DNA of 61,607 bases, the filler included, from Collodictyon triciliatum (lineage: Eukaryota): the NCBI GenBank assembly GCA_043381765.1. It is 6 parts of 6 records of this genome, joined end to end, with 100 filler letters (N's around TTAATTAATTAA, not from the genome) between each part and the next. Parts side by side here need not be neighbours in the genome. Positions count along the whole stretch, not along the records: positions 19,996 to 29,889 come from JBHJMP010002864.1; positions 29,990 to 39,883 come from JBHJMP010002865.1; 4 more parts are not named here. One strand, 5' to 3'. The translations under genes and the position numbers were made by a program. The number at the start of each line of letters is the position of its first letter. Position 1 is the stretch's first letter. Below, piece by piece: positions 23,201 to 34,964 of this stretch. Under the pieces are notes generated by a model that was not told where the DNA came from, made no database searches, and saw nothing but the letters and a program-made list of their open reading frames with translations.

Positions 23201-26200
23201 ATAAAAAAGAAATAATAAAAAAGAAATAATAAAAAGAAATAATAAAAAGAAATAATAAAAAAAGAAAAAAGAAATAATAAAAGAAAAATGGAAAAAAAGA
23301 AAAATGGAAAAAGAGAAGAAAAAGAAAAAGAAAAAGAAAAAGAAAAAGAAAAAGAAAAAGAAAAAGAAAAAGAAAAAGATTAAGAAAAAGAAAAAGGAAA
23401 AAGAAAATAAAAATGGATGATAATGAAAGGCAAAATTCGTACGGATAAACAACCGAACTCAGGCTTATTGAATTTCAAAGATATTAAGCGGTAAACTGAA
23501 AGAGAATTGATAGGCAAGTGTAAAAAAAATGAAGGGATATATAGTTGTACCTCAACCCTCTCTAAAATTTCTTGTGGGCTCCAAAGCCTTTTCTGCTCTT
23601 CCTCGGTGGGTGCATCAAAACTAAAGTAGTCGTTCCATTGACGAATGATTCTTTCGACCTTAATTGATGCAGAATGGCAATTTTGGAGTTAAACACATGG
23701 CGATTCTATTCGCAGAATTATTACCGACAAAGCTGCTTTAATCATAAAGTAAATCTATGGAATAAGTAACCTCAGCCTCTGACATGTAGTAGTCATATTT
23801 TGCGGGGATAAGCATGCGCGACATCCACAGCGTGCGAAAGCCATACTTCATGTATCGGTCTGTGTCGATTGACGATAGTTCAAGGTACATCACATGGTCG
23901 ATTTTGATGTCCTGAAGACACTCGTAGAACAGAATCATTCGCTCATCGATGAGCTCTTTGATGTTCAGGATGTTATCCTCATCGATTCTGAGCGTCTATG
24001 AAAGCCAATTTTACAAGTTTTTTTTTTTGAATTCATGGTGATTAAAAGAATATCCCTGATTTAAGATTGATTGGCAACGAAAATTTATGGATACTAATTT
24101 CACTGATTAAGGGAAAAAAATAATTGATTGAGTTAGAAATGTTACATCTTGTATGACTTTTGTCCCCATCGTAGCTAAAATAAGTTCTTCTCTCGAGTAG
24201 GCATTGTAAAATGTTAGATTGTCGTTTTCAGGGAGAGTTTGGAACACATATCGATGGTCAACTCCGTATGATTTCATCACAAGAAGCTATTTTGTATTAG
24301 TGCACAGTCGATTAAAAAAAAAAAAAAAACAGCAAGTGCAAATAATGCTGCTGGGTTTCAAAGGTTTATTTTTCTTGATACCTTAAAACTTTGGTCATAA
24401 CTTCGTAAAGCCTTGCACAATTCCTTCTCTTCGACAGATGGGACGTCGCTGGGAATTAAAACAACAACATCGCCCTGCATCACGGAGGTTGCATGTGTTC
24501 TTAAATATGGAAAAAAATCACTGAAATTTGATAATGAAGCGCAGGAAAATGAATTGAAGATCGACTTGGCGGATGACTGAATAATCTGCACTCCTGGGCA
24601 AGCGAATATGTGGTCGATATCCTCGGAGTGACTTATGAACGGGGCTTTAGTCTCAAATTGTTCGGATGATTCTTAAAAAAAAAAAAATTGGACATTATGA
24701 AATAGTTTTTTTTTAAAGAGTTGAAAGGGTGATTACATCCAAGCTGAACATTTCTGACTCTCCAACATATTCTATTCTGCGATTTTTATCCTCCAATGCG
24801 GCGGTTTTCCCCTCGGTGTAGTATTCACTTAAAATGGCGATGAATACATTCACTATTGAAATAGTAATATTTTCCATTATAGATACGTGATATTTTTAGA
24901 TTAGAACAAGACCATAAAATCACAACATACAATAATTAACCCAAGCACACAAGTCGCTGTAAATTGGTGTTCATACTAAAAATTGCAAACCCAAAATCAA
25001 AGTGATGACAACTATGAATGTCAGCAAGAATATTGGCGCAAGAACCGCATTGCTACCATTCAAAGCTCCATAATCAAAATCGCCAGAGAGCAGTCGCACC
25101 GTGGAGGTAAACGACGACGAGAAATCATGGTAATCTCCGATTTGTGAGCCAAAGTAAAAATACCTGCAGAGAATAAAAATCTTGAATATTTCCGTTAAGC
25201 GAATAAGAACATCATTATATATTTATAGCATTCCCATATCGATTCACTTACCCCTGGAATGAATAGGATATGAATATGACGATAAAGACAAGGACAAAAG
25301 CTAGCAAATCCTTGAATGCAAGGCCCAACAGCCTCCCAAGCACACTCAGATTATTATTTAGGCGAAAGAACTTCAAAAACTTTACAAAAGAAAACATGCA
25401 GGCTGCGCCAGCGACATTCTGAACCGGTACATATGGGATTATCAAATCATTCATGTGTTATTCCTACGATTGAAAAATACTCTGGGTATGTAATTTGAGA
25501 AAATCAACAAGTCTTGTCACCTGGAGTGCAACGAACGCTTGCGCAGTTGTTTCAACATCGATATAAGTCTTTGGTTCCTCGTTGAAGTCAATTCTTTCGA
25601 TGTAATGATAAAGGTCATTGGACTCTGACACAAAATATGCGATACAGTACAGAATGCCCACAAAAAACTTTGCATCGCTGAGGAAAAAGTTGGTTTTTTT
25701 TTGAAAATTCGAAAATGTAATCGAATGCATGCGCTCAGAGGGTATTTCGATTTATTTTTATTGTCTATGTAGTATATTGATGGTACTCCAAAAAAAAGTA
25801 TTTCTCTGATTCCAAAATGAAACTGGTTATTGAAGGATACACCAAAAGTTACAACCTCAAAAACATTCCAGTTGTCGCTGAAGACAGGTAATTTTTGAAT
25901 AAGTATCTACAATTTAAAGTCGCAGAAATAAGCAATTGTTTAAAATGTTATAAAGATAAAGGAAGGAAGATTTAAATTTCAATATAGATATACATATTAA
26001 TACGTTATTCTTTTTTATAAGTTACATGCTAGTAATAAGATAAACTCACGTTTCTAGACAATGAAAAGTAGTAGTAAAATCCGACAACGCAAAAGACTAT
26101 GTAGTAAACAAATCTGGATACTCCGAAATGTGTATCAATTCTGCCAAAGGAAAAAAAGGGTTACACAACTTATTTTTCTTGATTAAAAGGGACGTTTGTC

Positions 26201-29200
26201 CATTTAAAGGACTGAGCTTGTTGCTTTTCATCGTTATAGAAAAAGAGCTCGAAATACTCAGGGTGAGAGATTACGTTGAAAGTGGGTAAGTAGTTAGTCG
26301 TCGTGTTGGCTGTATTCTCCCGGTAGGAGATATTTCGAATAGCTAATTTGATTGTTTTTTTTTTTTTAGAAAGGTGTTAAGTCATGCCTACTGAGTATGG
26401 GAGTGTTGCAAAATATGGATATCTCGTTGCTTGCATCAACTGACATATTCCGCAGATGTAATTTGACCCAGGTTGAGGTCAAGGAAACCCATGTTCAATG
26501 CAACCACTCGTGTAGATAAATCAATCCAAGAGTTGTTCTATTGAGTAGAAATATGTGACTGATGACAGGCACAATTACGGAACCATCGACTGTTGGTATT
26601 CCAAAAAAAAAATAATTCATTTTAAAGAATAAAGATGGAATAAGAATGGTCAAGAATTATTATTTTTTTTTTAATGCAAATCATATGTAAAGGCACTTTA
26701 AGTTCCTCTATGAAATCATTTGCAGTCTCTTGGCCGTATGGAATCAAAACTGCGTGGGCCGAGCGACCGTATTGCCTTTGCATCGCAATGTGAGGGTCTT
26801 GGCTGTACTGAGGCGAGCCCATCAATAACGAATATCCGCGTGAGTATGCATATTCCCTAAATGAAGATCGCGATGATTAGCACATGTTCGGATGAGGAAA
26901 AATTTATTCTTATTTTTTTCTATAATATAATGCTAATAATATCAAAGTGTACATTTTAGGGCCAAAAGGTCTTTTGTCAACATCAGAACTCTTGTAGTAG
27001 CCATAACACTCTTGGTTCCCGATATCAAATTTGCAATCATCAGGCTTGAGTCTCTTCTGCCTCAGTAGCGCCAATCCAATCATCCGATCTCCTCCGCTTA
27101 AAAAAACCGATTTATCGTTCGGGTCTAAGGATGCTGATTTGCTAGAGTAAAGCTGCGGAATAACAACAGTTTGAAGAAACTAAAACAAAATAATGCATCA
27201 GCAATGTTAAGATTGCATCAGTTATCAAAGACAAGAGGTAAGAAGAGGAATTGTATTTTGCTGTAAATCAACAACAATATAGTAAAGAAAGCAAATCGAT
27301 GCGGAGGACTATTCGTACGTCGTATATGTTTTCCTATAGAGAACCTCCATTAGATTTTCATGTTCATAAAATGGAACTGCAGAAATGAGAGGAAGCATTT
27401 TTTGAATATGTATATTTGAGCACAAGAAGGGCACAGTGATATATAACCTTCACGACCACAGACGAGAAATCAGTTTGACTTGTATCACCTTTTGAATGAC
27501 AAGAAAATTTATGATATGGCTTATTTTATCGCTTATTATATAAAAATTTTCTTTGCTACAGGGATGTTTGCGTAAACTGAAAGAATTTTTCATGACGCTT
27601 TTTTAAGATATATACCAGCGGTGAAGTAGTTGGCGATGAGATCGTTCTGTTGATGGTTTCAATAGACAATATTACAAAAATAGGAAAGGTCACTTGATCA
27701 CACAATAATATTGTGCTATTTTCTTTGAATCAAATAAAGGAGAAAAAAACCTTGTGTTATCTTCAAATATGAGATGTGTATTTTTCTACCTGCTCATAAG
27801 TAGGTGTTACAGGAATAAACCATATCAAAAGGACCAGAAACATAACAAGATAAACAAGATAGTCTATCAAATTCGTGTCGTTTCGTGTCTTCTTCGCCTC
27901 GTCAAAGTACTTGACGCATTCGCTCGGGATTAGAACGCGAGTAAATCTTGCCTCTTGCTCTGCCTGGAGAGCTATGATGTCGAATAAAGTATTCGAGATA
28001 TATAAGAGTATAGATGAGTAAACCTCAACAATCTTACAAGGAGATGTATAAAGAAGAAAGATATAAGCATGTTCAAACAAAACAAGTACCCGCTTCATCG
28101 TTAATTCCTCTGCGTCGTTCCATAGTTGCTTTGCTGGGCTTCTTGTTTTTTGAATATGTTTCTGAGAAGGTAGACTTTCCCACCACCGTGTAATGCATGG
28201 AGCGCAGAATTTTCATGCGAAAAAAATATGGAGCAAACAGAAAGACCAGCGTTGCAAAGAATCCATACGAGGCAACACGAACAGAGTCGAATCCGTCCCA
28301 GTTTCGGTCAGCATTACTCATGAAGTACCCCCGTAATCCCTGCATACGGCCAAGGTTGGCTCCTTCAGAGCTTGAGGCGGTCTCCAATCCGAATCTGCGA
28401 GTTCGTCCCTTGGGCTCGACGTCTTGAGAGTTGGAGTCATCCTTCTGCATCACCAAATGAGAGTGAGTAATGGTATCTTTGTGCGATGATTCAGTAGGGG
28501 GTTTTTTTTTTTAAAAAAAAAACAAAGCTATTCAAGATAGTTGATTCTGAAGCCTGAGCAAGAAAGTAAAGAAATAAAAGGATGGTAAGAGAAAAAGTGA
28601 AAAAAGGAGGAAAAATGAACCATCATTCGCATGAATTCATGAAATCCGTTCTGTTCTGCAATCTCGGATGCAGTCAACCCTTTCCCATTTTGTAGCTTTG
28701 TGTCAGCCCCAAGGTGAATGAGAAGCTCTCCGCACTCCATTTGATTCTTCATAGCTGCTACGTGCAAAGGTGTATTTCCCATCACAGTTTGGAAGTCAAG
28801 CGTCGAATTGAAGTTGTGCAGAACCCCGATTGTGTTTGTGTGACCTGCGCGACTCGGAGTTTCAATACAGAAATAAAAAAAAAACTATAAAACTGGAAAA
28901 ACTTCAATTCTCCATAAAAATGAATCATTCATGGCAATCTTTAAAAATGTCACCATTATGAGCTGCAAAGTGGACGGCACTAGCACCATCGGCTGTTCGG
29001 ATATTCACGAGTTTTGGGTTCAAAGAAAGTAGCGTTTCCAGAACATAGTTAAATCCGCCCAGGGATGCGTAATGCACTCCATTGAATCCTTCGCTTGATT
29101 TTCGCTCCATGTTCACTTCGTACTCCACGAGCTTTTTGACCACTGGTGCGTTTCTGCGCGAGGAGCCAACATTTTAGTTTCGGAAGGAAGAAGATTTAAA

Positions 29201-29798
29201 AACTATGGCGTTAAGGTATATTGTGAATTAAAATACTAGGGACGTATGAAATGGGTCGATGTTGATAAGAACCCGTTCTTGCAAGCCAACAACAGAGCAT
29301 CACAGCCATCGCAGTCCAAAGCATTCACATCCGCACCAGCATTGACCAAGATCTGCAATGAGGCGAGTTGGCAATGTGACGGGTAACGTTGAATCAGTCT
29401 CGAAGCAAACAGGCGTGAAAATATTGAAAAAAAAAAAGAGAATAATAACAATAAACAAGTATGAATATGAAAGGGTTTAAAAAAAAGTAAGAAGAATGAA
29501 TGAAAAGAAAAGAAATGAGAAAAAGAAAGAAAAAAGTAGGGGTTGCAATTGGAAGCCAACATACCGGGACAAGCTCCTCGTAGTTGTAAGTCGCACATAT
29601 GTGCAGTGGGGTGTGTAGGGAAGCGTCGCGCTCATTCGGATCCAAGTCACTTACGGCCGGATCGCGGCGCAGAAACGCCTGCAAAGCGTCCTTCGCCTTC
29701 GTCAGGTTTCCGCTCTCAAGGAGCATGTGAAGGCTCATCATGGTGCGGCCTGTTGGAACTGCAATAATGGCAACAGAAGGAAGTAGGTTAAGCGTCAT
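20242..29798 (-). CDS. Ankyrin-repeat, polycystin-2 (TRPP/PKD2)-like cation channel with a long C-terminal extension; many exons, both ends tentative
   Basis: Ankyrin motifs HTPLHICA, LVNAGADVNALD, GASAVHFAAHNG and GNTPLHVAA..GADTKLQN (29740-28620). S1 is YLVYLVMFLVLLIW. The TOP domain shows MIGLALLRQKR and LK|NNSWIDLSTRVV. Then DNWNVFEVV, S4-S5 KFLKFFRLNNNLSVLGRLL..AFKDLLAF, pore FGSQIGDYHDFSSSF..LLSGDFDY, and S6 LAPIFLLTF..NVFIAILSEYY. Confidence 0.85.
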
Positions 29799-29889
29799 TA
29801 TTGAATAGAAACATTAAAAAAAAAAAAAGGTAAGGAAACAAAAGAAAGAAAAGAAAGAAAAGAAAGAAAAGAAAGAAAAGAAAGAAAAG

Positions 29890-29989
29890 NNNNNNNNNNN
29901 NNNNNNNNNNNNNNNNNNNNNNNNNNNNNNNNNTTAATTAATTAANNNNNNNNNNNNNNNNNNNNNNNNNNNNNNNNNNNNNNNNNNNN
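29890..29989. other. Artificial scaffold-joining spacer 3
   Basis: 44 N + TTAATTAATTAA + 44 N. Confidence 0.97.
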
Positions 29990-30277
29990 TTTTTCTTCTT
30001 TTTTCTTCTTTTTTCTTCTTTTTTCTTCTTTTTTCTTCTTTTTTCTTCTTTTTTCTTCTTTTTTCCCTCTTTTTCTCCTTTTTTTTTTTTTTCCTCTTTT
30101 CCATCTCACTGCTCTCAGTCTGAGTTATATATTGCCATATAAAGCTAAATCATATTCCTTGTGTTCACGGTGACACTGGATATCTAATCATATTTTAAAT
30201 GAATAAGACATTCTCAGCACATCGCTTTGCGACTTGGTTTCTTTAAACACTCATGTACACTGTTTATTGTCATACAG

Positions 30278-32095
30278 ATATATCGCATTCTGGTTGAGGG
30301 TCAAAGAGGTTCGTTTCTTGTGTACAGGAGATACAGTCATTTCCATTCTCTTTTAGGACAGGTGCTGCTCCCATTTATCCTTTTGGTTATACACCTCCTA
30401 AAATATACCCGATAATCTATACAGTCAAATACGTCGTACAAAATAAAATATCTTTTTTTTCATTCTAAAAATATTAGCTGTTGGGCCCGTCTCAACAATC
30501 AAATAAAATATCTTTTTATCACAGTAATAGAAAAAAGGTTTAACACTTTTTTTTGTCCAGCTGAATCTGGCAGACACTGATATTGGTCGCTCGTTTCCAG
30601 CAAAATCATTATTTGGTAATTTGGATGAATCCTTCCTCCAGCAGAGACGCGCTTCTTTGCAGTACTTTCTAATCAGTATTATTGAGAACTCATCTATTAT
30701 GAATTTGGAGGGAATGAAGAAGTTTTTGGACCCATCATATGAGGTTTACTGGTCAATCATATTTACTTTTCTCCTTTTGGTTCACTTTGATTAGCCACTG
30801 ACCTCAATATTTTTATGGTCGTGTGTAATTTTTCGTATGGTTTAAGCATATTCATCACATGTGTACGTTACATGAAACAGTGTCCCACCTCGAAGTTGAC
30901 TTTCTCCAGGCCCTTATTTTCAAGCTCTTTTATATCAGAAATAATGCGGCAATCAATTCGTACGATTTAAATTAAATGACCATTGCTACACAACTGTTTC
31001 AATTTAATTTATGTATAAAAATATGATACAACATATTTTCTTTGTTTATGTAAAATTCATCTCCTATTCTTTTTCCTTTTTCCTTTTTCCTTTTTCCTTT
31101 TTCCTTTTTCCTTTTTCCTTTTTCCTTTTTCCTTTTTCCTTTTTCCTTTTTCCTTTTTCCTTTTTAGCTAGATACTCGATCAAAGAGCTTAATCGGCTGC
31201 TTGATCAAAACAGCTCTAAAGTGGTTCCTAATTCTCTTGACTGTGAGGATTTCATACATGCATGCTGCAACGATTTGCATTTTCGGTCTGCGTATATCGC
31301 CTACCGCTTATACCACACACTTGACATGGAATGTTCGTTGAGCATTTCTTTCAAAAGTGCATTGTCGTCCTTGAGCATTATGTCATCGTCCCCTCCAGAA
31401 CAGAAAGTTGGATGTACAGTAACCCCATTGTTATTTTATTTATTTTTCCTTTTAATTTGGGGTAGACGAAAAGGATTTTTGCATGCACATTAATCTCATA
31501 ATAATGGATATATTCCATTTTTTTTTATTGCTATTGTTGCTTATTTATGAATACCCTCCTGTCCAACTTTAATAATATTGAGATGAAAACAAGATATGCA
31601 CAATTCACAAACATACTATCCTTTTGGAAATTTATAGTCTGCATCAAGATCTTTCAACCACCAGAAAACCCCACTCTTATGCCAAGGGATTCTTTCTTCG
31701 CGATGTTGATGTCTTGGTAAGCTTATTCCGCAATACCGACTTATTATGCACATTTTTCCTTCGATTATCCAAGCGCATATTTCTTTCGAGTCTCGAATTT
31801 GCAAATATGATACTGAATGGTCTCTGACTCTTGTATCCTACCACCAGGGCGGTTGTTTTTTCACCTGTGTATGACTTTGATTGTCGGACATATGTCGATG
31901 GAGTTTTTCGGAATGCCCAGGCATATTATTTTTTTTTTTTGTTTTAGTATTTGGCACCGACAAAACTTATAACTCCCTTCTTTTTTGTATTAGGATGCTG
32001 GTTTGGTTGACTCTGGGGGGTTTGTGGACATTAATGCCTTTTGTCTTATTGCCACAAAGAATCCCATTACGAAAAAGATTTTGTCGCATAATTAG
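30278..32095 (+). CDS. PX (phox homology) domain protein with a degenerate EF-hand-like C-terminal region; 5' truncated, 3' exon phases uncertain
   Basis: IYRILVE..VYRRYSHFHSL..|..FPAKSLFGNLDESFLQQRRASLQYFL..KKFL is a canonical PX pattern. Downstream are AYRLYHTLDMECSLSISF..ALSSLS, EQKVGFCIKIF and YVDGVFRNA..GGFVDINAF..KNP, resembling calcineurin-B/NCS-type EF-hand scaffolds. Confidence 0.7.
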
Positions 32096-32663
32096 TGCTC
32101 TTTTCACCATATGGACTTTGATTTTCATCTCTATCAATTTTTGAGAATTTCGGCCGGATAGAACAGCCGATTACATGCATAACCGTAATAAAGCTTCCTT
32201 ATCTATCAGCGTTTGGCTGCTATGCTTCAAAAAAATCGTTCAGACTCTATGAGACTGCTTATTTATTGACTTTGTTTCTTGATATAAGATATGATAAGAT
32301 TTAGATTCTTGTTAGTTGAGAGACCAAACTGAATTGCCATGAAACACACATGAAATAGCAAGATTGGTGTGGCTGTAGCCCTTCTTTCCTGGTGAATACA
32401 ATACGCTACGGTTACTTTTTGGTACTAACTTAATATCTATCGATTATCATCTGCTGATTGTTCAGTAAAATATAAGAGCTAGTGTGATGCAAATGTCCTT
32501 TTTCTTTTATTGTATTTTTTTCATGCGGGTATGAGAAAGAAAGGGGCAGGGTAGAGGGAAGCAACGGGGGAAACAGGAGGCTGCAATCGCACGCATTGGG
32601 TGGTGCTGTTCGAATTCCGTCAATGCGGCTCAAGTCGGGTGCGAAGAAAATCCCCCGTCTATT

Positions 32664-33506
32664 TTATTGGGACTTTGCATAGTCGATGCGCTCAACTTCC
32701 ACTTCATTCGCTCCAAGTTTGTAGACATAAGTGATGACCACGGGGCCTTGAATGTCCATGAGAACAAAGCTTGGAACGACGTTGCTGAATGCATGCGGTT
32801 TAGTTTCAGACTCAAAAAGGACCAATATTTTCTATTTCCGAGAATGCATGCGCGTATATGTATAAGGGAAGAAAGCCGATGTCGTTCATTTGTGACAGTG
32901 TTTTGAAATTCATGTATGTATTCATAAAGTGTGTTTGATGAGATTTGAATTTATGTTTAAAACATAATATATCATAGAATAGATTCTGAAATAAAATGAC
33001 GGAGTAGAAAAGGCTAGTCAGAATGTATTGACTGAACGTCATCTTAGCCATGCCTTGCAGGACGAGGAAATATAACATTTAGTGGCTTACGGGGTTAAAG
33101 TGCTGTAAGCTCCGGTTGCTGATCCAGGGTTGATAAAGAACTTGCCGTCGTATTGGATGGCCTCAAATTTGTGTGTGTGGCCAGAGACAAGAATGTCGCA
33201 GTCGAGTTGGCGCTGCACATTGGCCAAAGCCTCCGGGTCGCCCCATGGGACGATTTGGTGCCCATGAGTCAGTCCGACTTTGAATTGGCCGATCGTGATT
33301 ACCTTCTGCTCGGTAAGTTGTGTCTATCGCGCATTATGGAGGATATGATTACACCAGTAAAAATGAATAGGACAGTGGAAGAAAGTAAATATACATGGTG
33401 ACCCAGAACGGGAAAAAACGATGAAAAAAGTGTCATCGAAAAATAATAGGCGACGATAATGCAGTGGTGGTGATGATAATGATGATGGTAGTGATGATGA
33501 TGGTAG

Positions 33507-33543
<37 letters not shown>

Positions 33544-34228
33544 AATAATAATAATGATAATAATAAGGTGATAAATATATTGGATATGTCTACTGAGAAC
33601 AGCGTGCGATATTATATGTCGCATAGGAGATGTGGTATATTGGGAGGAGATTATCGAACCTCGTCAAAGTCACCACGGGCAACATGGACATCCGGAGCAA
33701 GGCTTTTGAGGTATTCGAGAGTCTCTTTGTTGCAAAGGTTTCCTGTGCAAATGATGTGTTGGATCTTTCCCGGGACCTGTTATGGACATATGATCAGGCA
33801 ACTTTTTCTCTTATTTCTCACCATGATTTTCATATCCCGATATTTCGATATAAGGCTTCTTCGCAGTGAGAGAGAAAGTGAGAAAGTGAGAAAGTAAAAA
33901 TGCAACGATAATCCAAAGAGTCTCGAAGTCGTACCAGAAGCTTCTTGAATTGCTTCGGGATATCGTGTTGGCGGTGTGGAATGTGGAAGTCTCCAATGAC
34001 CAGAACCAGCTAATAAAAATAGAGAAGACAATGGAAGGTATATTAGTATCATGCAGAAAAGAAGAAGCTGCACCGAGGCTGTCTTATCGTCAGGAGTCAT
34101 TGAGGTTGAAGACATAAGACAGAAATCAAGGGGAAAAGTTATCACGAAAGAGAAAAGTAAAAAGTTCGCATAAAAGAAAGGAAGCAGCCTAATATGAAGA
34201 CGGAAACGCTTTACGGACTCGTTACCAT
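32664..34228 (-). CDS. VPS29: Vacuolar protein sorting 29, retromer subunit (missed by the ORF track)
   Basis: Exons read [47 protein letters not shown]|..[30 protein letters not shown]|..[25 protein letters not shown] then TAA. The start is either the ATG at 34228-34226 followed by gtaacg, or an exon at 34115-34074. Confidence 0.96.
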
Positions 34229-34964
34229 TTTCTCGAAAGTCTGTTTTCGCAACTGATCGGAATCCCTGCGGGGCGGTGATTTTTGAGGCAGGTGTTCGAG
34301 TTAGAAATGGCAGGTAAATTCTAACCAATGAAACAAAACAGCTGTTTTGGATTATATAATATCCTCAAAACTCCATGAGTCATGCGGGAAAGAGAAGGAA
34401 GAGAAAAAAAGGCTTCGTTCGGAAGTGAAAAGAAAAAAAGTGAGACCCCCAAACAGAAACGTCAATCGGATCCCAAAGGGAAAGGAGGGCACGAGCTAAA
34501 GAGTCATAAAATTTGGGAGCCTCGAATAACACAATCGTATAGAAAATAGTCTGAGTTTCTTGTGCAGCATTCGTGGTCTTCAAAGTGTTTATGCTGGACA
34601 GAGTGTCAGGTTTCTCTTTGGGGTGTGAGGCTTCGACTTCGAATGGGCGATGAAGAGCGTTTGGCTCGGCGCTTGTTTTGATCAACGCTGATGAGATTTG
34701 TGTGATCATTTCGCAACTTTCGATTCATTGTAAATTCACTGAAAAGTGATATTTTAGGGGAAATCTGAAGGGAAGTCCACACAGTAAACGGCTATTATTC
34801 AAATGTGGAAGTATCGTGCAGGGAAGAGTCTATGCTGATAGATACAGCCACAATCGGTTTACCGCATCCCAACCACACCCAACCGAGGTATAGAAGGAAG
34901 AGCCATATGCATGCGAATCAAAGCAGCTCCAGCTACAAGGTCGTTTACAATATCCATTTTTTAT

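Noticed and set aside
32667-33897. Plus-strand ORFs as a continuation of the PX gene
   Set aside because: They are antisense shadows of the VPS29 exons.
34380-34709. 109-aa minus-strand ORF between the glycosyltransferase and VPS29
   Set aside because: No recognisable motif or convincing splice path. It may be UTR or intergenic, though a small gene is not excluded.
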